From positions 5,280,001 to 5,344,000 of the forward strand of contig CAWAIF010000003.1 of assembly GCA_963782055.1 (NCBI GenBank): 64,000 nt of DNA, in the 5' to 3' direction. The stretch's first letter is position 1. Each line of letters starts with the position of its first letter. This document shows, piece after piece, positions 50,076 to 59,668 of this stretch. This DNA comes from an uncultured delta proteobacterium. Its GTDB lineage: Bacteria > Myxococcota_A > Polyangia > Polyangiales > Polyangiaceae. Both the position numbers and the translations under genes were made by a program. The notes beneath the pieces are model-generated. The model ran no database searches. It was not told the origin of the DNA and saw nothing but the letters and a program-made list of their open reading frames with translations.

Positions 50076-50677
50076 GCGAGCGACTCGAGGTAGGGGCGCA
50101 TCACGTTCGTGACGCGCGAAGCCGCGGCGGCCTTCATGAGCGCGTCCACGGAGCGGCGCTTCGAGCGGAGGTAGTCCCGCAGCGCCTCGAGCGCGACGTC
50201 GAGGCCAATCTTGTTGCGGTACTTGAAGCAGTCGGCGACCGTCTTCTCCTTCGAGGTGACGCGGACCGTCACCCCCTCGAGCTCGTGCTCCTCGACGCCA
50301 AACCGGAGGGCGACGCCCGAGAAGCGCACGATACGGAGGGGAGGCCAGTCGGTCTTGGGCTTGCGCGCCTTCACGTCGATGGCCAGCCAGACCTCGTGCG
50401 GACTCTGCGTCGTCAGGCCATGGAAGCGCAGCGCCGACAGCAGGCACACGACGCCGTGCGGGACGCGCGTGGCGGCCTCGACGAGCGTGTGGTGCTCGGT
50501 CGCCTTCACCTTCGCCGGGACGTAGAGCCCGCGCCCAACCCGCTCGAGCTGGCCCTGCTCCACGAGGCGCCCGAGTGCCGTGCGCGAGACGCCGCCGGCT
50601 ACGTCGCGCGGACGCAGAGCGCCGTGGCCATGGAGGGCAGCGGCGGCGCCGTTTGCTCGTTTGCGCTTCGTCGGCAC
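50072..50677 (-). CDS. abiEi: AbiEi-family antitoxin/transcriptional regulator
   Basis: GRGLY, VCLLSALRFHGLTTQ, EKTVADCFKYRNKIG; GTGA overlap with the toxin. Confidence 0.9.
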   Translation of the reverse strand: MPTKRKRANGAAAALHGHGALRPRDVAGGVSRTALGRLVEQGQLERVGRGLYVPAKVKATEHHTLVEAATRVPHGVVCLLSALRFHGLTTQSPHEVWLAIDVKARKPKTDWPPLRIVRFSGVALRFGVEEHELEGVTVRVTSKEKTVADCFKYRNKIGLDVALEALRDYLRSKRRSVDALMKAAAASRVTNVMRPYLESLA

Positions 50678-50731
50678 AAATCGATATATACCAACGTTTT
50701 GTAACGCGCGCCTCTCCTTCCGCCTGGCCGC

Positions 50732-50950
50732 CTACCTCCGCCACCGCGCGACCCGCTTCGAGAACGTCGCGAGCTTCCTATTCACCGCGGACAGGTCGAA
50801 CTTCGCGGCGTCGAACCCGCGTGGTGCCCACTGCTTCATCTCCACGTGCTCGTCGTCCTTGGGGTTCGCGAGCACGTCGACCAGGTGCGCGTAGCCGGGC
50901 GGGCCGCCGCAGTCCTCGGGTGGGCACGCGCGCGCGCCGCCGGTGCATCG
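50732..50950 (-). pseudogene. C-terminal fragment of a pRiA4b ORF-3-like protein
   Basis: Hand translation gives CTGGARACPPEDCGGPPGY...FDAAKFDLSAVN; no 5' part. Confidence 0.75.
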
Positions 50951-51078
50951 GATGGTCGTTCGACATGGCGACGCCCGGGACGAGCGACATCACCGAAGTG
51001 CAGGTGGACGCCATCACCTGCGCGGTCGTATCGGTCGACAGGGAGACGCCGGCCCAGCAGCAGGCCGAGAAGAAGTAG
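50950..51078 (+). pseudogene. C-terminal fragment of a PepSY-like protein
   Basis: WSFDMATPGTSDITEVQVDAITCAVVSV; no start. Confidence 0.55.
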
Positions 51079-51136
51079 GGGTCACCAGTAGCGTCCGTTC
51101 TGGCCCCCCGGGCACCACCTGAGTACGTTCTCCCGT

Positions 51137-51502
51137 GTGATTCGCCTCCGCTTCGTCCAGGAGTACCGCGGCCGGCGCATCGTCACCAACGGCAAGCTCT
51201 ACGGCATCCAGGGCGAGCTCGTGACCGACTGCCGGTACTTGGACGTCGAGGGCGCGAGGGCCGCCATCAACTCCGAGGCGGGCGTCGCGGAACGCCGGAA
51301 GTACTTCGCGGCGCAGCGGCGGCACTTCGCGGCGCTCAGCGTGCAGGAGGGCGAGAAGTACGCCTTCGCCTGCGACTGCGGATGGCGCGGTCAGTACAAC
51401 CAGCCGGCGAAGGAGGGGCGCGATGTCGTCGTCGTGCGATGCCCGAAGTGCGCGAGCGACGACATCTACCTGGCCGTCCACGACGCTGCGGCCGAGCAGT
51501 GA
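51137..51502 (+). CDS. Hypothetical protein with C-terminal Zn ribbon
   Basis: CDCG...CPKC; GC3-biased codons. Confidence 0.6.
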   Translation: MIRLRFVQEYRGRRIVTNGKLYGIQGELVTDCRYLDVEGARAAINSEAGVAERRKYFAAQRRHFAALSVQEGEKYAFACDCGWRGQYNQPAKEGRDVVVVRCPKCASDDIYLAVHDAAAEQ

Positions 51503-51524
51503 GCGCTCGTGGTAGACAGCCGCC

Positions 51525-51878
51525 ATGCTCGTCGTCGACCCCTGGCACTGGCTCACCGAGGACGGTCACTTCCTCGTCGACAACCCACGCCTCTACCGCC
51601 AGATGCTGCGCATCGCGCGGTTCATCGAGTACGGCGGCGAGGTCCGGAAGAACGAGACGCGCGAGACCCTCATCGAGTGCAAGCGCCGGCCGAAGAGCAA
51701 GGCGTGCACCGGACTCATGTGGGTGGTGAAGACCGCCGACGACGGCATCCTCGCGCACTGCATGGTCTGCAAGACCCAGGAGGTGTTCATCCACAACTGG
51801 CAGGAGACCGAGTGGGCTGCCGGCATGATGGAGCCGGTGCCGGTAGCTCTGGGCCTGCGGGACAAGACGTTGAATTGA
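51525..51878 (+). CDS. Hypothetical Cys/Trp-rich protein
   Basis: ATG start, C...C...CMVC, HNWQETEWA; GC3-biased codons. Confidence 0.7.
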   Translation: MLVVDPWHWLTEDGHFLVDNPRLYRQMLRIARFIEYGGEVRKNETRETLIECKRRPKSKACTGLMWVVKTADDGILAHCMVCKTQEVFIHNWQETEWAAGMMEPVPVALGLRDKTLN

Positions 51879-52006
51879 CCCCACACCACCAGAACAATCT
51901 CGAGCACGTTGTAGTAATTCAACCGAGGCAGACTTGCCGCCGACCCTCTACACATGCCCGATTTGTTGGACCGCGCGCGCCGGCCGTGAATACAATCGCG
52001 CCCACC

Positions 52007-52450
52007 ATGCCCACCCTCCAGCAGCAGCTCCAAGCCCTCGCCAGCTCCTTCGCCCACGATGTTCTCGCCGCCATGCGCGGGGCGTCGCTCGAGGACCTGG
52101 TCGCCGAGTCCAGTCATGGGGGAACAGCAACGTCGCGGGCTCCTGGCGCGGCGAAGCGGTCGGCCAGGACGAAGGCCGCCGCCACGCAAGTTCCGGTTGC
52201 CACCACGAGGGCTCCGCGCACGGGCAAGGGTGGTCGCCTCTGGCGCCGGTCGCCCGAGGAGATTGAAGCCGTCGTCGGCAAGATTGCCGCCCTTCTGAAG
52301 ACGAAGAAGGATGGTCTTCGCGCGGAGCAGATTCAGGCCGCCCTGGGCCTGACGCGCAAGGAGCTGCCCAAGCCTCTCGCCGCCGGTCTGGCGGAGAAGA
52401 CGCTGAAGAAGAAGGGCAAGAAGCGGGCGACGATCTACTACGCGGCGTAG
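52007..52450 (+). CDS. Small basic DNA-binding protein (putative nucleoid-associated, wHTH C-terminus)
   Basis: N-terminal helix, Ala/Lys/Arg linker, RRSPEEI...GLRAEQI...KKGKKRATIY. Confidence 0.7.
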   Translation: MPTLQQQLQALASSFAHDVLAAMRGASLEDLVAESSHGGTATSRAPGAAKRSARTKAAATQVPVATTRAPRTGKGGRLWRRSPEEIEAVVGKIAALLKTKKDGLRAEQIQAALGLTRKELPKPLAAGLAEKTLKKKGKKRATIYYAA

Positions 52451-52707
52451 AGCGGGTTCGCCGTCAGTTCGCAGCCTGCCGACCGAAGTAGTCCTCCAGC
52501 GCCGTCTTCACCGCGGTGACGCCGTAGCCGAGACGCACCCGGATGACCGGGACGGGAGCGCTCTCCAGCATGCGCGTCTCCTTGTGGTTGACGAACATGT
52601 TCACCAGGATGCTGCTTTCCGAGGAGCTGCGGCCTTCAATGGCGGGGTAGTGCCCGGCCAAAAAAGTGCACCACGAGGCCTGCGCCCTCCGGTGCTAGGG
52701 TAGAAGC

Positions 52708-53442
52708 GTGGAGTCCGGAACGCATACCAGCATGGGCCCTGGCGGCGTCCTCGGAGCCGGCATCTACCCGGCTGGGGAGGCTGCGCGCCTGGCCCAGCTT
52801 GAGCCGCAGCGCCTACGCCGATGGGTTGCCGGCTACACGTTCCGCGCCCGCACGGGCGAGCGGCGGGCCTCCGGCCCCGTCTTCAAGGGCGACACGAGAC
52901 GTGACGGCCAACACCTCGTGTTGTCGTTCCTCGACCTCATCGAGGCATGCTTTGTGAAGGTGTTCCTCGACCATGGGGTCAGTCTGCACACCATCCGTCT
53001 CGTCGCCGAAGAGGCCGAGGTGATGTTCAAGACGACGCATCCCTTCTGTGTGAGGAAGTTCGAGACAGATGGGGAAACCATCCTGGCCCGGCTCCGTGAC
53101 GACCGCGTCGACGGAGAGCGCCTGCTCGATTTGAAGCGCAAGCACTTCGTCTTCCCCGTCGTGTTCAACCCCCTTTTGAAAACACTCGACTACGACGCCT
53201 CGGGCAACGCCATCCGCTGGTGGCCCCGCGGCAAGGGCACGCCCGTGGTCCTCGACCCGAACCGCGCGTTCGGCGCCGCCATCGTCGAGCGCTCCTGCGT
53301 CCCAACGCGTGCCTTGTTCGACGCACACCTTGCAGGTGAAACCCCCGAGAGTATCGCGAAGTGGTTTCGCGTCGAGCTCGACGAGGTACGGGCCGCCATC
53401 GCCTTCGAGAAGTTGCTCCGGCGCACTACGTCGCGCGCGTGA
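52708..53442 (+). CDS. HTH + DUF433 antitoxin (VapB45-like)
   Basis: GIYPAGEAARL, LSFLDLIE, FETDG, LDPNRAFGAAI, EVRAAIAFE. Confidence 0.82.
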   Translation: MESGTHTSMGPGGVLGAGIYPAGEAARLAQLEPQRLRRWVAGYTFRARTGERRASGPVFKGDTRRDGQHLVLSFLDLIEACFVKVFLDHGVSLHTIRLVAEEAEVMFKTTHPFCVRKFETDGETILARLRDDRVDGERLLDLKRKHFVFPVVFNPLLKTLDYDASGNAIRWWPRGKGTPVVLDPNRAFGAAIVERSCVPTRALFDAHLAGETPESIAKWFRVELDEVRAAIAFEKLLRRTTSRA

Positions 53443-53840
53443 GCCACTACTTCTTCGACAACAACATCGCGCCGGCCATCCCGGAGGCGCTCCGAGCTCT
53501 GAACCAAAGGGCCATCCACATCTGCGACTGCGCTGGACACGACATCGCACGCGATGCCATGGACATCGACTGGATGCCGAAGGTCGCGAAACTCGGGTGG
53601 GTCGCGGTCACGGTCGACAACAACATCCAGCGGCGCCGCGAGGAGAGGAACGTGCGCCAGGGCTGCGCGCTGCGCGTTGTCTACTTACCGGGCAAGTTTG
53701 GGCGGAATTTACGGTTCTTTCAACAAGCGGTCTTTATCATCCGCGCCTGGGAGAATATCATCGAGGCGACGAACGACGCGCGGTCGGGGCAGTGCTTCTC
53801 CGTGAGCGAGAAGAATCACAGGGTCAGCTTGATGAGGTGA
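53439..53840 (+). CDS. PIN-domain toxin (VapC45-like)
   Basis: YFFDNN, DIDW, VTVDNNI...EE; GTGA overlap with the antitoxin. Confidence 0.8.
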   Translation: MSHYFFDNNIAPAIPEALRALNQRAIHICDCAGHDIARDAMDIDWMPKVAKLGWVAVTVDNNIQRRREERNVRQGCALRVVYLPGKFGRNLRFFQQAVFIIRAWENIIEATNDARSGQCFSVSEKNHRVSLMR

Positions 53841-54668
53841 AGGACCCGATAGCCGTAGTCTCGGCTGTCGACGTTTACGGGTCCAGCGCTGCCGGGAAGT
53901 CACCGAACCCGTTCGCCGTCGCATTCCACGCGCGAATGTCGCTCCCAAACGTCGCGACGTAGGCCGCGACCATTTGTGCGAGTTCCTCTCCGGATTGGCG
54001 ACCGACGACGCAGATGTCTGTCTCCTCATGTCGTTCGCGGCGACAGCGAAGGCTGTCGCGCAGGAGCTCGCGCAGGTGGACGTCTGCGGGAGGCAGGCTG
54101 TACCCAATGAAGACCCAACGCGAGGCCCGAACGAACTCCTCGGCGGCCCGGCCCCAAACAAGTTGAAGGGCCGGGTCGTTGTAACTGCGCAGAAACGACG
54201 GGTACACCATCACGTACCCGAGTCGCTCCCGTGCGCACGCCCAGCACCGCGCCGCCTCTGCGACGTTCGCGTGTCTGTCCACGGTGGTGAAGACACTGTG
54301 GCATGCAAGACAACGGACCCAGTTAAGGGCCCCATGCAAGCGGAGAAGCAATATTGCTCGGTCGGGTCGTGGTTGTGCAAACTGAGGGGCCTCTGGGCAC
54401 CGGCCGTTGGAGAGAGTGATGCCATAGTCGAGGTCAACGTCTGCGACGCCGCCTCTCATATTCAAAAGGCACCGGTCAAGATTGATGTCGTAGTTCATCG
54501 TCACCAGTACATGCTGCCGTGCCGTACCGGCTCGAGCATCGGGCAGTAGCTTTTCCAACAACTCGGCGTATGGCGAGCGGGTCCGTGTGGGCTCTCACGA
54601 GCATGGGACCCCCGCTTCTCAGAAGCATTCCCCCCGGGGTCCTTGCGTGACTGCCCTATCTCCTTCTC

Positions 54669-55454
54669 CTAATTCGGGTCCTTCTGTCCAGCCCTACCGC
54701 CCTTCTTCAGCGAGGGCTTGAGGCGGCGGCGGTACGACTCGCCTTCGATGACGAGGTCGTAGGCGTTGCTGGTGAAGCGATCGATCGCGGCCTGGGCGCG
54801 GATGGGATCGGTGAACGTGGCGAGCCATTCGTCAGGTCCGCGGTTGGAGGTCACGATCATCGAGCCGCTCCGATGTCGTTCGGTCATGATCTCGTAGGCG
54901 TCGCGGCTCTCGGTCGCGTCCATCGCATCGAGACCGAAGTCGTCGACGATGAGGAGGTCGACGGCGATGAGGCGACGGAGCTCGGTCTCGTAGCTGTTGT
55001 CGAGGCGCGCGTGGCGCAGGGTCTTGAGCATGCGGTCTGCGCGCAGGACGAGAACGGAGTGGCCACGGCGACACGCCGCGTGGCCGAGCGCGTGCGCGAG
55101 GAACGTCTTTCCGACGCCGACGGGGCCGACGAGCGCGACGTGCGCGTGGGCCTCGACGAAGCGGAGCGAGATGAGCTCGTTGAGCAGCGCTTGGTCGTAG
55201 GTCACCTTCGAGCTCGGATCCCACTGCTCGATCTGCATCTGCGGATCGAGCTGGGCGCGAGCGGCGCGCATCGTGACCGACGCGCTGTCGCGACGCGACA
55301 CCTCGTCGGAGAGCAGGAGAAGGAGGAAGTCCTGGTGCGCCATCTTCTGCTGGCGCGCGAGCGTCAGCCTCTCGGGCAGCGTGTCGATGAGGCGCCCCAA
55401 TTTCAGGCGCTTCAGCGTGGTCGTGAGGTCGGGGCCGATCACATCGATGGTCAT
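54669..55454 (-). CDS. istB: IS21 helper ATPase
   Basis: GPVGVGKTFLA, LIVDDFGL, VTSNR, AAIDR. Confidence 0.93.
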   Translation of the reverse strand: MTIDVIGPDLTTTLKRLKLGRLIDTLPERLTLARQQKMAHQDFLLLLLSDEVSRRDSASVTMRAARAQLDPQMQIEQWDPSSKVTYDQALLNELISLRFVEAHAHVALVGPVGVGKTFLAHALGHAACRRGHSVLVLRADRMLKTLRHARLDNSYETELRRLIAVDLLIVDDFGLDAMDATESRDAYEIMTERHRSGSMIVTSNRGPDEWLATFTDPIRAQAAIDRFTSNAYDLVIEGESYRRRLKPSLKKGGRAGQKDPN

Positions 55455-57019
55455 GCGGTATCTCCTTCTTTCTTCGGTTGCACGGCGTAGGTTTCGGCCG
55501 GGCGCAGGTAGCGTCCGAGCGGGATCACATTGGTGGGCGTCGGCGCGCTCGCAGGCGTCGTACCGAGCTCGAGCATCCGCGCGAGGCGATGCACGCTGAC
55601 CATGTCGGCCGCGAGGGCACGCGCGCACGCGTCGTCGACGCGCGTAGCGCCGAAGCGACGCACGAGGCCGAGCAGCGCGCGGACGCCGCGCATCTTGGTC
55701 CAGGGGAGCGGCGCCTCGAGCAAGCGGCCGGCGAACAGGCAGATGGACTCGCCGTGCTTGCGCGCTTGCTCGTGGAGGAACGTCACGTCGCGCATCGCAT
55801 AGGGGCGACGGTCCTCGGGGAAGTCGCTCGGATCGGTCGAGCGCCCGCCACGCTGTTGCCGCGGGTGAGTCTTGACCAGGACGCCGGCGTCGTAGAAGCG
55901 CACGAGCTGCGAGTCGGCGCGGGAGCGCAGGCGCTTGCCGATCAGGCGCGTGGGCAACGAGTAGAGCGCACACTCCACCTGGGCGAAGTGGTCGCGCGCC
56001 ACTTTGGGATCGCCCCAGGAGGGCACGTCGAAGGGAGCCGTCGGGGCGGGCAGGAGCGCGGGCTTCTCGACGGCTTCGAAGTGCTCGCGTGGAAGACGGT
56101 ACGTCGTCGAATGCCTGCGCATCCCGTACTCGCGCTCGCACCAGCGGAGCGCGTGCACGCGGGTCATCTCGAGGTCGAGCATCCGCTCGCCGCCGAAGCA
56201 GTCGTCGCGGACATCTCGCACGCTCCGCTCGACGCGGCCCTTGTCCGTCGGCGTGCGCACCCGCGCGGGGTCGATGTGGAAGCCGCGTGCCTGGGCGTAC
56301 TCGAGGAACGCCGTGGTGATCGTCGGCTCGAGCGGGTCCGCCGTCTGCACGATCGCCTTGGTGTTGTCGGGCAGCAGGACGCGGAAGACGCCGCCGTAGA
56401 ACTCCCACGCGGCCTCGCACGCCTCGATCGCCGTCGCGGTGGACTCCGACCAGCAGGGGTAGACGAATCGGTAGCGCGAGACGTTGGGCGTGAAGATCCA
56501 CGCGCGGAAGCGGTGGCGACGGCCCGAGCCATCGGGCTCGAGCAACGTCATCCAGCCGGTGTCGACCTGGAGCTCCTCACCGGGCTGCCCGTCGACGACG
56601 GGCAGCGTCACGGTCTTGCGGCCGAAGCCGAGCTCGACGGCGGCAAAGCGATGCAGCGTCGAGTACGGAATGTCCACGCCGTCGCGGAGCAACAGGCGCC
56701 GCACCTTCGACAGCCGGACGCGACCGTCGAGCTTCTCCTCGATGAATGGGCGATGCTCCTGGCATCGCTTCCACGCCTCGCCGTGCAGCCGCGTGGGCGC
56801 GCCGCAGAGCGTCGCGAGGATCGCGTTGAGGACCTCGTCCGTCAGCGCGCTCTCGCCCTGTCCGGCGGCAAGCCCGCACTGCTCGGCGGCCCGCGCGTAG
56901 CGCCGCACGGTCTTCGGGTCGAGCCCTACGCGTGCCGCCACTCGCTTCTTCCCGACCCCGGCCAGCCACTGCCGGAGCACCTCCTTGACCTCGATCATCG
57001 TGACCTCGCGGAATGCCAT
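55451..57019 (-). CDS. istA: IS21 transposase
   Basis: PGEELQVD, LPDNTKAIV, PTDKGRVER. Confidence 0.93.
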   Translation of the reverse strand: MAFREVTMIEVKEVLRQWLAGVGKKRVAARVGLDPKTVRRYARAAEQCGLAAGQGESALTDEVLNAILATLCGAPTRLHGEAWKRCQEHRPFIEEKLDGRVRLSKVRRLLLRDGVDIPYSTLHRFAAVELGFGRKTVTLPVVDGQPGEELQVDTGWMTLLEPDGSGRRHRFRAWIFTPNVSRYRFVYPCWSESTATAIEACEAAWEFYGGVFRVLLPDNTKAIVQTADPLEPTITTAFLEYAQARGFHIDPARVRTPTDKGRVERSVRDVRDDCFGGERMLDLEMTRVHALRWCEREYGMRRHSTTYRLPREHFEAVEKPALLPAPTAPFDVPSWGDPKVARDHFAQVECALYSLPTRLIGKRLRSRADSQLVRFYDAGVLVKTHPRQQRGGRSTDPSDFPEDRRPYAMRDVTFLHEQARKHGESICLFAGRLLEAPLPWTKMRGVRALLGLVRRFGATRVDDACARALAADMVSVHRLARMLELGTTPASAPTPTNVIPLGRYLRPAETYAVQPKKEGDTA

Positions 57020-57679
57020 CGACGCCTCCCGGAACGGCCACCCGTGCCGGTCCTTCTGCGTCGTTACGAGCAATCACGCGAGGGGGGGGAATGCTTCTGA
57101 GAAACTCGCCTCCCGAGGGGGGGAAAGGTCCTGAGAAACTTTCAGCCCCGAGGGGGGAATCCTTCTGAGAAAAACGTCATGCCGGGGTCCCTAGGTCGTG
57201 AGAACTGACAGTCCGCTCGCGAGCGTGCGGTTTCCATTTCAACGAGTCGCCTCGACCGTAGCTCATTGTTGCTCGTCGCAAGGCCTCGCGAAGCCTGTCC
57301 AGTGCTACTTCGGCAGCGCGACGGCTCTCGGGCGACGTCCGCGTTTCGAAAAGTGCCAGCTCGTACGCCGAGAAGACCTCCTCCAGACTCAGACGAGGGT
57401 CGTCCATTGCCAGGCCTGGCTGCACGCGCGCGCAGAGCTGGCGAACGGTCTCCTGTAGTTCCGCGAGACCGCCGGGCTCGTCCGCAGGTCGACCCGCGGG
57501 CTGCATCCCCGCGAGCCGCTTGAGCATGTGAACCTGCGCGGGAATGGTGTAGGGCGGTGGTGCGGACGCGCCCGCACCAAAGACCCATACCGTTCGAGCA
57601 TGACCCAGCGCGAGCCGGTCAAAGGTCGCCATCGTCTCCCGCCCATCCTTTGCGTGGCCCGAAGGTGCCGACGCGGGTG

Positions 57680-58408
57680 TCACGCGCCGACCCACTCCGC
57701 AAGCGGGGCGAGGAAGCTCTGCCAAATGTGGTCCGACGTCCACACGTTCTCCGTTCGGCGTCGCTCCGAGCATTGGAACGTGGCGCCGACGTAGGCATCG
57801 ACCCACGTGAAGCCGTCGACGTCCTGAAGTGCAGACGCGAGCGCTGCGTCGCTTGCTACCGACCCGAACAGCTTGTGATATCGGGAGCGCTTGGGCTCGA
57901 GTTGAACGGCGAGCTGTCCACCGTTCCCAAGTGCCACGGACAAGACCTCGCGGTCGCCGCGGGGTGAGCCCGGCGAAAGAATCGGCCCGAGAACGAAGCA
58001 AAGCGTCACGTCGAGCCCAGTGGTGCGCCCGACATCGCGAATCCTCTCCGTGACGCGCCCCGAACGGAGGTCCCTCAAGAAGCGCGACCACATCCAGTCG
58101 CCGGTTACAACTACGCTCTGCCCGGCGTCGAGTGCGGCGGCAGCGTCCTTCGACAAGCCCTTCTCAACGTAGAGCGCAACGTCGAGCGTGTCCGGCTCGT
58201 CGCCGAACTCGAACGCGTACTTGCCGAGGTGGTAGGCCGGCCAGTCGCCACGCTCGTCCTGCGGAACGAGCCACCAGAGCGTCTCCCGCGGCTCGTATTG
58301 GTTCCACAGCCGCGCGGAGAGCTTGCCGAGGCGCTCACGAAGCGCCGGGACTCCCTGCAACTCCTTGCAGGCATCCTCCGGACAGGCGAACGACACCCAC
58401 GGTTCCAT
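57680..58408 (-). CDS. Hypothetical protein (Trp-rich), directly upstream of the SIR2 gene
   Basis: GAGGTGG RBS before ATG 58408. LWWLVP...DWPAYHLGKY, YVEKG. No family recognised. Confidence 0.7.
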   Translation of the reverse strand: MEPWVSFACPEDACKELQGVPALRERLGKLSARLWNQYEPRETLWWLVPQDERGDWPAYHLGKYAFEFGDEPDTLDVALYVEKGLSKDAAAALDAGQSVVVTGDWMWSRFLRDLRSGRVTERIRDVGRTTGLDVTLCFVLGPILSPGSPRGDREVLSVALGNGGQLAVQLEPKRSRYHKLFGSVASDAALASALQDVDGFTWVDAYVGATFQCSERRRTENVWTSDHIWQSFLAPLAEWVGA

Positions 58409-58544
58409 CGACCACCTCTTCGTTGACGGCCCTGACCATGCTGCTCTCACGTCCGGCCCGAGACAAGGGCAAGGAGCCAAGCAGCCCGCGTCCATGCACC
58501 GGTGGCATCGGTCGGACTTCCCCGGACAAGCGAAGGCGGGGCAA

Positions 58545-59666
58545 TCAGCTCGCCGCCGCCTTGATGCGGCCGACCTCGTGGACAAACCCCGCCACGTCCC
58601 GCGGGAACTCCGGCGAGCCCACCCTTCCGACCACCACCACCCGGCTCGGCTCCTCCCGGTCGGGCTCCCGCATCTTCACGCCGCCGCGGAAACGCTTCCA
58701 GAACAGGTCCGGACCGATGCCCTTCTGGCCGCCGCCGATGCGACCGCGGTGGACGAGGTAGATGTCTCCGGTGTGCGGGTCGCGGGCGAAGGCGCCGCCC
58801 ATCTTCCGGTCCACGCCCTCCAGCGGCGGGTTCACCTCCACCGTGATTTGCAGCGACCTGGCCGGGTCCGGCCGCGAGATGCCGAAGGCGTTCCAGTAGC
58901 GGTTGTCGAGCTTCTTGAAGAGCGCCCACATCTTGAGGGGCGGGGACCAGTGGATGGTGTAGATGCCGCTGCCCCCGTGGTAGCCCACCTTCTGCTGGCG
59001 CTTCCCGGCTGCGACGCCTGCGAGCTGGTCCTGGACGTCCTTCATCGCCTTGCGCACCGTCTTGCCGTCGACGATGAGCTCGAGCTCCGGCATGTCCGCG
59101 TCGGGTGCCGTCGACCGGATGAACGGCGCGCCCAGCTCCATGAGCTCGTCCCAGAGCTCCACGCCGTCGTAGAACGCCGTCGCGTAGTACTCGAGCTCCG
59201 AGGCGGACGGGACGTGGGCCCTCGCGCGCGCCTTCCTGAGGAGCGCTTCGACGGATGCGGCGAAGGGGTCGAGGGCGGCGCCCTGCCAGTGGACCATCCC
59301 GTCGAGCGGAGCCATCAGGCCGGCGGGGGCGAGCCGCCCCGCGCCCATCAGCACCCGCGCCTCGTTCCCACGCTGGAAGCGATAGACGTTTGCGCGGAAG
59401 GAGCCGTCGGCGGCGGGCACGAAGCGCAGGCAGTCGTGGTCCTGCAGCCACTCCAGCGCGGCGGGCTCCGACCGCAGGCCGTCGACCGCGACGAAGGCGG
59501 CCTCAATCTTCGTGGCGTTCCTCTCCAGGGCGGCCCAGAGCGACCACTTGCCGGCGCTCGAGGCCGCCGCCGGCGTGGCGAACGACATCCTCTCGCACCA
59601 GTCGCACGCCTCCTCGAACGCCGTGTGCACCGCGGCCGGGGTGGTGAGAACGCGCAGCTCGCTCAT
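58545..59666 (-). CDS. Two-domain protein with a degenerate PLD-like N-terminal domain
   Basis: SFRANVYRF...VLMGAGRLAPAGL aligns by eye with FHxKxYxF...GSANxTxxGL but lacks the catalytic residues. C-terminal YWNAFG...HRGRIGGG domain. Confidence 0.7.
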   Translation of the reverse strand: MSELRVLTTPAAVHTAFEEACDWCERMSFATPAAASSAGKWSLWAALERNATKIEAAFVAVDGLRSEPAALEWLQDHDCLRFVPAADGSFRANVYRFQRGNEARVLMGAGRLAPAGLMAPLDGMVHWQGAALDPFAASVEALLRKARARAHVPSASELEYYATAFYDGVELWDELMELGAPFIRSTAPDADMPELELIVDGKTVRKAMKDVQDQLAGVAAGKRQQKVGYHGGSGIYTIHWSPPLKMWALFKKLDNRYWNAFGISRPDPARSLQITVEVNPPLEGVDRKMGGAFARDPHTGDIYLVHRGRIGGGQKGIGPDLFWKRFRGGVKMREPDREEPSRVVVVGRVGSPEFPRDVAGFVHEVGRIKAAAS

Positions 59667-59668
59667 GG

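Larger units (their letters stand above)
54586..57210 (-). mobile_element. IS21-family insertion sequence (second, different element), complete
   Basis: IRs TGTGGGCTCTCACGAGCATGGGACCCC / TGTCAGTTCTCACGACCTAGGGACCCC. 5-bp TSD GTCCG (54581-54585, 57211-57215). Three GGGGGAA...CTGAGAAA sub-terminal repeats at 57080-57172. Confidence 0.95.
53875..57632 (-). pseudogene. SIR2-like protein split by IS21
   Basis: 57632-57211 (VWVFGAGAS) joins 54580-53875 in frame (HARERT|RSPYAELL). Contains TMNYD, RLHGALNW, CxxC..CxxC and FIGYSLPPAD; 375 aa rebuilt. Confidence 0.88.

Noticed and set aside
52464..52661. 65-aa minus-strand CDS
   Set aside because: TTG start without an RBS. It may be an orphan 3' fragment, but I cannot assign it.
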